A stretch of DNA of 64,000 nucleotides, from NCBI RefSeq assembly GCF_009914755.1, contig NC_060926.1. One strand, given 5' to 3'. Below the pieces are notes generated by a model, which worked only from the letters and a program-made list of their open reading frames with translations, ran no database searches and was not told the DNA's origin. Positions 53,900 through 64,000 of the stretch are shown here, piece after piece. How positions within the stretch are numbered: position 1 is the first letter of the stretch; each line of letters opens with the position of its first letter. The translations under genes were made by a program, and so were the position numbers. Source of the stretch: the human T2T-CHM13v2.0 reference genome, Homo sapiens.

Positions 53900-56800
53900 T
53901 TATCCTCCTAATAACAGACCATCAAAATATATGAAGTAAAAATGGACAAAATTGAGAGAAGAAGTAGAAAGGTCTAAATAATAGAAGCTTCAATACCTCA
54001 CTCTCAATAAAGGATAAAATAACCACACAGAAGATAAGTAAGGAAATAGAGGGCTTGAACAACACAATAGACCAACTATTGGGCAGACTGTACAGATATA
54101 TACAGTACACTCTACCCAAAAAAATAATAGAACATTCTCCTCAAATGCATATGGAACATTTTCCAGGATAGGCTATATGTTAGGCCATAAGTTGTCTTTA
54201 TATATTTTTGAAAATACATGTCATACAAAGAATCTTCTCTGACCACAAGGAGACGAGGTTAGATATTGCTAACAGAAGGAAAAATAGAAAATTCTAATCT
54301 TTTAAACTACAAAACACCCTATCAATCACCAATAAATTACCAAACAAAACACAACATAAATTCTATGGTTTGAATGTATCTCCCCAAGTTCATATGTTGA
54401 AAACGTAATCCAATGCAACAGTGTTGAGAGGGGGGACTTTTAAGACGTGGTTATTGCTATTATTACAGGAGTGGTTTCTTTATTGTGAGAGTGGGTTATT
54501 TTAAAAAGAATGAATTTGGCCCACTTTTCTCTGTGTCTGTCTTGCCCATGTGATGCCTTCAACCATGTTATGACACAGCAAGAACCTCACCAGATGTCAG
54601 CTCCTCAATCCTGGAATTCTCAGTCCCCAGAATTTTAAGCCAATAAATTTTTGTTCATTATAAATTACTCAGTCTGTGGCTTTCTGTTATAGCAACACAA
54701 AACAAACTAAGACAGTATATTGTAAAATACTTAGAGGTGAATGAAAATGAAAACACAATATACCAAAACCTATGAGACACAGCGAAAGCAGTGCTATAAG
54801 GAAAATCTATAGCTAAAACTGCTTACATTTTAAAAACAGAAATATCTCAAATCAGCAACCTAATTTTACAAATTAAGGATCTAGGGGAAAAAAGAACAAA
54901 CTAAACTCAAAGCTAGCAGAAGAAAATAAATAATCAAGATTAAAGCAGAGACAAACAAAATAGAGAAATAAAAGACAATAGAGAAAATAAAGAAAAATAA
55001 AAGTTGGATCTTTGAAAAAGATCAACAAAATTGACAAACGTTTAGCTAGACTAATAAAACAAAGACTCAAATTACAAAAATCAGAAATAAAAGTGGAAAC
55101 ATTACTTCTGATTCTCAAGAAAGAGATAGACTATAAAAGTACCATGAACAACCATATACCAACAAAGTAGATAGCCTAAATAAAATGGGCAAATTCCTAG
55201 AAATAAAAAAAACCTACAAAGACTAAATCATGATGAAATAAGAAAGCTGAATAGACCTGTTATACTGGTTATCAAAATCTCCCAAAAAAGAAAATCCCTG
55301 AACCTGATGGCTTCAATAGTAAATTCAATCAAACATATAAACAGGTACAAACACCATCCTTTTCAAACTTTTCCAAAACATTGGAGAGAACAGAACACTT
55401 CATAAGTCATTTTATGAGTCCATCATTGCCCTGACACCAAAGCCAGACAAAAACAGTACAAGAAAATAAAACTGCAGACAAATATGCCTTGTGAATATTG
55501 ATGCAAAAATCCTCAACAAAATATTAGCTATCTGAATCCATCAGTATATTAAAAAAATTATATATCATGACCAAACAGAATCCATTCCTGATATGCAAGG
55601 ATGATTTACCATACAAAAATCCATCAGTATAATACACCACGGTAACAGAATGGAGGAAGAAAACATGTCATCATCTCAACTAACGCAGAAATAACATTTG
55701 ATAAAATCCCACACCTTGTTATGATAAAGACACACAACAAACTACATCAACATAATAAAAACCATACATGAAAAACTCACAGAGAACATCATACTCAATG
55801 GTGAAAGAATGAAAGCTTTTCTGGTAAGATCAAGAAGGCAACGATGCCTGTTTACACCACTTCTATTTAAAATACTACTAGAAGTCCTAGCCAAAACAAT
55901 TAGGCAACAAAAGGAAATAAAACACATCTAAACTAGAATGGAAGAATTAAAATTGTGTTTGTTCACAAATTATATAATCTTATACATAGAAAACCCTAAA
56001 GACTCTACAAAAAACTATTAGAACTACTAAGCAAATTTAGCAAAGTAGCAGGATACAAAGTGAACACAAGAATTAGTTTCATTTCTGTATACTAACAATG
56101 AGCAATCTAAAAAGGAAATTATTAAAACAATTCCATTTATAATAGCATCAAAAGGAATAAAAAGTCAGGAATTAACCAAAGAAGTAAAGACGTGGACAAT
56201 AAAAACTAAAAAACATTGCTGAAAAAAGTTGAAGAAGACATAAATAAAAGGACACCTCATGTTCATGGGATGGAGGACTTAATCTTGTTAAAATATCAAT
56301 ACTAGCCCCCCAAAAACCTACAAATTCAATGCAATTCCTATGAAAATCCCAATGATGTTTTTCACAGAAATAAAAAATCCATCCTTAAATTTATATGTAA
56401 TCTGAAAGATCTATGAATAGCCAAAACAACCATGAAAAAAGAAAGAGCAAATTTGGAGAACCCACACTTCCTGATTTCAAAACTTACTACAAGGCTCCAG
56501 TAATCAAAACAATGTAGTACTGGCATCAAGACAGATATACAGAACACTGGAATATAATAATGAGCCCAGAAATAAACCCTTGTATATATTGCCAAGAAGA
56601 GTGTCAAGACCTTTCAATGAGAAAAGGACAGTCTGATGGTGCTGGGAAAACTGGATATCTACATGCAAAAAAATGAAGGTGGATGTTTACCTAACACCAT
56701 ATACAAAATTTAACTTAAAATGAATTATAGACTTAAATCTAAGAATGAAAACTATAAAACACTCAGAAAGAAACACAGGGCAAAAGTTATATGACATTGG

Positions 56801-57860
56801 ATTCAGCAATGATTTCTTCAATATGACACTAAAGGCACAGGCAACAGAAGAAAAAATAAGACAAATTGGACTTTGTGAAAATTAAAGACTTTTATGCATC
56901 AAAGGGCATTATCAATAGAGTGAAAAGGCAACTGAAAGAATGGGATCAACTATTTGCAAATCATATATATGACAAGGAATTAATAGCCGTATATATAAAG
57001 AACTTCTAAAACTCAGTGACAACAAAAGCCACCTGATGCAAAAGATATACACATGCCCAATAAGTACATGTAAAGGTGATTAACATCACTAATCATTACG
57101 GTAATGCAAACAAAAACTGCAATGAAACACTACCTCACACTCATTAGGATGGCTACTATCAAAAAACAGAAGATAACTGTTGGCAAAATGTAAAGGACTT
57201 GAAACCCTGATGCGCCATAGTGGGAATGTAAATGGTGGTGCTGCTGTCGAAAACAGTATGGCAGTTTCTCAATAAATTATAAATAGAACCACCATTTGAT
57301 CTAGCAATTCAACTTATGGGTATATACTCAAAAGAATTGAAAGCAGGGTCTCAAAGAGACATTTGCACACTCATGTTCATGTTTAGCATTACTCACAATA
57401 GCTAAAATGTGGAAGCAACCCAAGTATTCAGGGGTAGATGGAAGAATAAGCAAAATGTAGTATGGATATGAAATGGAATACTATACAGCCTTAAAAAGGA
57501 AGGATACTCTGACATATTCTACAGCATGAATGAACCTTCCAGGTATTATGCTAAGTGAAACAAACTAGTCACAAAAAGACAAATACTGCATGATTCTACT
57601 TACTTAGTACTTAGAATAGTCAAAATCATAGAACCAAAAAGTAGAATGGTGGTTTCCAGGGTCTGGAGGAAGAGGAGAATGAGGAGTTGTTATGTAATGG
57701 GCAAAAAATCTCAATTTTGGAAGAAGAAAAATATTCTGGAGATGAATGATGGTGATAGTTGCACAGCAATATGTATGTTCTTATCCCACTAATCTATACA
57801 CTTGAAAATGGTTAAAATGTTAAATATTATGCTAGGCTTATTTTATGACAATTTTTAAAA
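53900..57860 (+). mobile_element. Long decayed L1MB-type element (ORF2 to 3' end), interrupted by an MST LTR
   Basis: Colinear with L1 ORF2 (gaatattgatgcaaaaatcctcaacaaaatattagc; cacttcctgatttcaaaacttactacaaggct); L1MB-type tail gatggtgatagttgcacagcaat...aaaatggttaaaatg. Confidence 0.9.
54361..54714 (+). mobile_element. MST (MaLR) LTR
   Basis: ctatggtttgaatgtatctccccaagttcatatgttgaaa...gttatagcaacacaaaacaaactaagaca. Confidence 0.85.
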
Positions 57861-57929
57861 TTTCATAGGTTATAAAAATGCCAATTATAATAGCAATAAT
57901 AACCTCAAATAAGACTATACATATTTTTT

Positions 57930-58295
57930 AGTGTTTATAATTATGAAGTCAGGATCTGAAGTCAGATTGTTTGAGTTCAAATACTGGCTCTATTACATAT
58001 TGGTGTAGAGAATTTTGGCAAATTCAGTAACCTCTGGGCTTCAGATTCTTTCTCCGTAAAATGTAGATGATAATACTACTTACCTCATAGTGCTGTTACG
58101 AGGCGTAAGTGAATTTAAAAATGTAGATGATAATACTACTTACCTAATAGTACTGTCATGAGGCATAAGTGAATTTAAAAATGTAGATGATAATACTGCT
58201 TACCTCACAGTGCTGTTATGAGGCGTAAGTGAATTATTATTTGCAAATCTTTTTGAATAGTGCCTGGAGCATAGCCTGCCCTCAATAAAGTTGGC
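57930..58295 (+). mobile_element. MIR containing a 60-bp unit repeated three times (58058-58235)
   Basis: MIR head gtttgagttcaaatactggctct and core; unit aaaatgtagatgataatactacttacctcatagtgctgttacgaggcgtaagtgaattta. Confidence 0.88.
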
Positions 58296-60324
58296 TCCAG
58301 TTTATATTATTGCCTTCTGAACATTTACACTCCATATACTGGAAGAACATTTTTGGATATGTACATTGGCTCCCCTCACCTCCTTTGTTTGAAACACTCC
58401 AAAGTCTTGTTGCTTTTAGATAAAAAAATCAAACATGTTTAAGTGGCCTACAGGGCCTCAAATTCTGGCCCCATACCCTTCCCTTCAGCCTCATTTTGCA
58501 CCAGGTTCCCTATGGCTCTTAGGGCTTCTACAACACTCACCTTACAGATCTTTTTATCTCTATTCTCCCTACTGCCATAGGATATTTGTACATGCTTCTG
58601 CCTGAAGTGTTCTACTTCCCTCTCTTCCAGCTCATTCTTACGCTTCCCTAGCTTATTAACACTTCTAGGAAGCAGCTCCTTCGGGACTTTATTATTATGT
58701 TAATACCCTATTATTTTAAAGCTTCAATATTACCATGTTTTTTCAAAATGAAAATTCCAGGAAGAGTGGTTCTGAGTGGCTTACCTTGAGTCATATTCTC
58801 ATTTTCAGGGAAGGGAAAGAGAAGGCACTTTGTTTGACAGATCCGCCAAGACCCTATCCATGGAATCAGAGTAGATGCCCAAAACTAAATCGGGGGACAT
58901 CCTAGGGTAATAATGGCTGGACAGGAAAAACACAGATTCTCAGTACAGGTAACATTTGGTTAAGGTCAGTCTCACACACTAGCCTAAAACTCCATGAGAA
59001 GAGAGGCTATGTCTGCTTTGGCTAACCACTTTATCCTCAGCACCCAGAACAATGCTTGAAATGTAGTTACTCTAATAAGTATTAACGGTTGTGGAAGGTT
59101 GTTATACTAGGCATTGGAGACATAATCTGGAACAAAACAGATTTGGTCCCAACCTTCTTGGAGCTCAGAATAAGAAGGCAGACGAGATGGCCTTTAGAAT
59201 ATCTTCTTCAAAATGAGATTTTATCAACCTATTTTTCACTGAAAATGTGTTATATATGCATTCTGAAGATGGTCTTGAGCTTTGGAAGGTAATGTTTAAA
59301 TTCTTGAGGCTTTGCCGCTTTTAAACTTACAACTTTTTTTGAAGAAAGCAAATTTCCATTCAAATTTTTAATAATATTTTAAAATTATTTTTTACGATGC
59401 CCAGAAATTTTGAAAATAATTGTTATTTTAAATTTACAATATTTTCTTTGTTGAAATTCAGAAGACTGATTTTAAAATGCTCTGGTTTAGGCTTTCATTT
59501 TAGATCAAAGTACCCCATCAACTAGCAATTTTTGGAGGAAGGGAATCCTCATAAACCAGCATTCATGAAAGGAAAGGTACTGATTTTATGGGACAGCAAA
59601 TATAAATGCTTATTTTTATTTGAAGGTACATTTAAGCATAAATTAATAATAAAAACAATGTTATAAAACTATTATAAGTATTTTAATATTAGTTAATAGA
59701 TATCTGTTGTTTTGAAAATTAGAAGACATAGGTAAAAAAGAACTTTACATGAGGAAAATCCTTTAGCCAGTTGTTTACCTACATCCTAGACCAAATTAAA
59801 CTGCTGCATTGGCAAGGACAATTGAGTTCATTCATTCCACATACATATAGCAAAGCACTCTCTATGGGCACCATGGCAGAAGGTAGATGGATAAAGCCAA
59901 GATTATAGCCACCAGGTAACTTAAGAGATATAATACATTTTCAAGGATTTGTGACACAAGTAGTTATATGACAACTTCCGTGTGTGGTACCAAAGGCAAT
60001 AGGCCTATAAACTTAATTCCTTTACTAATATTACCAATCTGGTGCGTAATGGTGCTGTACAAAGTACTTGGAGTTCATTTGTTAGACTTTTTTTTTTGTC
60101 TTGCAGGAAAAGTACCAGAGAGTTCTGTGAACATTCTTTCTATTTAAGATTTCTTCAGGCTTTCAGATATCTGTAGGCCATATCAGTCAATATAAAAAAT
60201 GAACTGAAGTTTTGTGTACATGATGACCACAGGCTATTAAAAACTTATTTGTCTTGCAGATTTTACTCATCCAGGAAATGAACTGCCAGAATATGTGATG
60301 AGACTAGAAGTTACATTTAGGAAC

Positions 60325-61426
60325 TATCAGGGGAAATTCAGCCAGATATCGGGTGAAATTCGCCCCCGATATTTCACGTAAGTTCTTTTCCATTTTCCCT
60401 AAGTGTTGGCCAGTCTGAGAAATAAAGGGACAGAGCACAAAAGAGAGAAATTTAAAAGCTGGGTGTCCGGGGGAGACATCACATGTCGGCAGGTTCCGTG
60501 ATGCCCCCTGAGCCGTAAAACCAGCAAGTTTTTATCAGTGATTTTCAAAAGGGGAGGGAGTGTACGAATAGGGTGTGGGTCACAGAGATCACATGCTTCA
60601 CAAGGTAATAGAATATCACAAGGCAAATGGAGGCAGGGCGAGATGACAGGACCACAGGACCGGGGCAAAATTAGAATTGCTAATGAAGTTTCGGGCATGC
60701 ATTGTCATTGATAACATCTTATCAGGAGACAGGGTTTGAGAGCAGACAACCGATCTGACCAAAACTTATGAGGTGGGAATTTCCTCGTCCTAATAAGCCT
60801 GGGAGCGCTATGGGAGACTGGGGCTTATTTCATCCCTACAGCTGCAACCATAAAAGATGGCCGCCCACGAAGCAGCCATTTCAGAGGCCTACCCTCAGGG
60901 ACGCATTCTCTTTCTCAGGGATGTTCCTTGCTGAGAAAAAGAATTCAGTGATATTTCTCCCATTTGCTTTTGAAAGAAGAGAAATATGGCTCTGTTCCAC
61001 CCAGCTCACCGGCAGTCAGAGTTTAAGGTTATCTCTCTTGTTCACTGAACATTGCTGTTATCCTGTTCTTTTTTCAAGGTGCCCAGATTTCATATTGTTC
61101 AAACACACATGCTCTACAAAAAATTTGTGCAGGCAATCATCACAGGGTCCTGAGGTGACATACATCCTCCTCATTTTAGGAAGATGATGGGATTAAGAGA
61201 TTAAAGACAGGCATAGGAAGTCACAAGGGTATTGACTAGGGAAGTGATAAGTGTCCATGAAATCTTCACAATTTATGTTCAGAGATTGCAGTAAAGACAG
61301 GCATAAGAAATTATAAAAGTATTAATTTGGGGAACTAATAAATGTCCATGAAATCTTCACAATCCACGTTCTTCTGCCATGGCTTCAGCTGGTCCCTCCA
61401 TTCGGGGTCCCTGACTTCCCACAACA
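60325..61426 (-). mobile_element. MER11 solo LTR (HERV-K11/HML-8)
   Basis: Minus strand begins TGTTGTGGGAAGTCAGGGACCCCGAA; 1102 bp; perfect 6-bp TSD AGGAAC at 60319-60324 and 61427-61432. Confidence 0.92.
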
Positions 61427-61690
61427 AGGAACTCATTATATGTGTGAGCATCTTTGTGAAACTGTAGAAACTACATTCTTTGTAGTGTAGGCAGAAAAAT
61501 GTGCAAGCTCACATATATCTCATGCCCACTCAATTGGTTCAAATATGAACCAAATAAAAGTGACCCAAAAACTCTCTCTAATAGAAAACAGAGCCAACCT
61601 AACCACTTAAGGCAAGTGACATGTATAATGGTAAGTAATGCAAGTGACAATTATTAAGAAATTTTCATTAGTTCATAATTTACTGTAAAT

Positions 61691-61898
61691 CAGGGGTGTC
61701 CGAACTTTTGGCTTCCCTGAACCACACTGGAAAAAAATTGTCTCGGGCCACTCATACTAACACTAACAAAACCTAATGAGCTAAAAAAATTGCCAAAAAC
61801 TCATAATGTTTTAAGAAATATTACAAATTTGTGTTGGGCCATATTCAAAGCCATCCTGGGCCACATGCGGACCGCAAGCTGTGGGTTGCACAAATTTG
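61691..61898. mobile_element. MER30 hAT-Charlie MITE
   Basis: caggggtgtcc...ttttggcttccctg; perfect 8-bp TSD ctgtaaat at 61683-61690 and 61899-61906. Confidence 0.9.
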
Positions 61899-62088
61899 CT
61901 GTAAATCAAGTAGAGGCAACAGGCTCTCATGAAAGACATTTTACACTTAAGATCTATACCTATTTTACCAGCTAACTATAGAGTCAAAAAGTATTTAAAG
62001 TTGTTTGTTGATTTGTTTTCTGTATTTTAATTTTCTACTGATCTGTATCTTATCATTACCAAGAATTTCATACCCATTTATTTGATAA

Positions 62089-62452
62089 TGTTATGGATTG
62101 AATGTTTGTGTCCCATCAAAATGTATATGTTGAAACCACAATGTGGGTGTATTTGTAGACAAGAACTGTGAGATGATAAGGGTTAAATGAGGTTATAATG
62201 GTGGGACACTAACCAGATAGGGCTGATGCCTTTATAATAAGATGAAGAGGCACCAGAGCTCTTTCTCTACCATATGAAAATACAGATAAAAACCAGCCAT
62301 TTGCAACTCAGAAATAGAGCCTTCACCGGAAATGAATTTACTAGCAATTGATCTTGAACTTTGCAAGCCTCCAGAACCATGAGAAAATTAATTTCTGTTT
62401 AAGCCACTCAGTTTGTGGTATTATATTATGGCAGCCTGAGCTTACTAAAAAA
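62089..62452 (+). mobile_element. MLT1A-like MaLR LTR
   Basis: tgttatggattgaatgtttgtgtccc...agcctccagaaccatgagaaaa...atggcagcctgagc. Confidence 0.85.
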
Positions 62453-63104
62453 TATAGTCAAAAATTGCCAATCTGAAGGCTTTAGAGCTGCAGTCATACA
62501 GACTTCATCTAATATTTGATGAGCATTTAGAAGATGCCAATCACAGTGAACAAATTATTAAGAATCAACTGTTGCCCTTAGCTCAAAATCTGGAGTAGGA
62601 GCACAATATCATTTACATAAGTAATAGAAATCATTTATGTTCAAAACATGATGCATTTTTGTAATTCCAACTTAAATTTTATAAATTTTAAATTCAAAAT
62701 TATATGTCTTACAGTAATTCAAAACTTCTCTTACATTTAGCCAAATAAGGTATAGAAATGATATTATGGCTACCAAAAAAGTATGCAAAAGTATTTAAAA
62801 GATATTTAATGGTATAATTTTAGAAATCCTATACTAAAGTAAAAAAGAGATCAAGATGCCCGTGGTAACCACCACATTTCAACATTGTACCGTAGTCCTA
62901 CCAAAGCAAAGCAATAAGACTAGAAAAAATATAAATAAGCAATATACATACTACATATATCAGGAAGAAAGAGAAATCTCTTTTTTCTTCTTTTTATAGA
63001 CCAGTGCTGGATATTAGATCAATATTAATAAAATAATACAGAGAATTCTTTCATACTGGTTAAAACCAATTAATATATAAAAGAGAAATGATAATGATAG
63101 TGAT

Positions 63105-63330
63105 TAATAATGACTAATACTTTCTATATGATTATTACCTAGCAGGCACTGACTAAATACTTTTCATGGGTCATTTCATGTAATCCTCACAGCATTCCAA
63201 TGAAATTTTCTCTTGCCATTAGCACCTTACAGAAGAAGAACTGAGTTTTTGGAGGGGTTAGGTAACATAGAGATTCATCACTAGTATGTGGCACAACTAC
63301 ACTAAAATTCAACTGTCTAACAGTGTAGCC
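63105..63330 (-). mobile_element. MIR
   Basis: catttcatgtaatcctcacagca...ttacagaagaagaactgag...ggttaggtaac. Confidence 0.7.
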
Positions 63331-64000
63331 CATAGTCTGGGCCATTGTGTTTATTATATTTCTTTTCTTGAAATCTTTCATTTTCTTTGTTTGGGCCGGT
63401 AAAACCTCATCAGTTTGCTCTGCATGTGAGTTTAAAGACAAGAGTGGTATTTTAAAATGTGAAGAGATGCTCTTCCAGAGGCACACAACTATTACTGTTT
63501 GTGTGTCTTCATGTTATAGATGCTAGTCCAGCTCCATCATCTGTACTTAGCTTTAGCTGTTCATTTCTCTTGGGACATAAATACCTGTTTAAAATAAAGA
63601 CTGCAATGATTAGAGACTTAAATGAGATTGAGGAGAAATTTTCTCTACATAGAAAAACTACAAGTTTTCTCCTTCAAAAATTTACTGAGCATCAATTACC
63701 CAAAATGTAGTCTGCTAATTGCCACAGGGGATGCAAATTTATTTCTAATCTATCAGCAATTATACAGAATTTAAGTCTGCATGCTTCTCCAACACAACTT
63801 AGTTGACCAAACTTCCCCTGCTCAAACTCTTCTTGAATAATCTCATTCACATATGTGGTTTCAGCTACTTCCATTGAATTTAAAACTTAAATCCATGTTT
63901 CGAATTCAGTTTTATTTATAAAATTCTTATCAGTATATCCAACTACACTTAGATTTCTTCAACTACGCTACTCAAACATCTTATCTAAAAGTGAATGCCC

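Noticed and set aside
58058-58235. CRISPR-like array (also considered 10490-10625)
   Set aside because: Contiguous tandem or inverted units with no unique spacers, no cas genes, eukaryotic context.

Overview
Primate (hominoid, most likely human) AT-rich intergenic DNA, not microbial. No intact host protein-coding gene is present. It holds an unprocessed three-exon gamma-crystallin pseudogene (3106-5552; best match CRYGFP, human 2q34 by recall). It also holds a nested retroposition stack: a MaLR LTR contains a MEAF6 processed pseudogene, which contains a 5'-truncated PKP4 processed pseudogene with a 13-bp target-site duplication (TSD) and a codon-phase-preserving junction. Other elements are a near-full-length dead L1PA2-like LINE-1 with a ~400-bp 5'UTR deletion, a near-full-length Tigger1, solo LTRs (MER41A-, MER39-, MER11-like), Alus, MIR/L2/old L1 fragments, a fold-back palindrome, and local duplications. 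Gene and repeat names come from recognition of remembered sequences, not from searches; subfamily calls are tentative. I found no evidence of a new functional system. The best leads are the MEAF6::PKP4 nested chimera and the crystallin pseudogene exon 2, which carries three changes matching CRYGD cataract alleles as I recall them.
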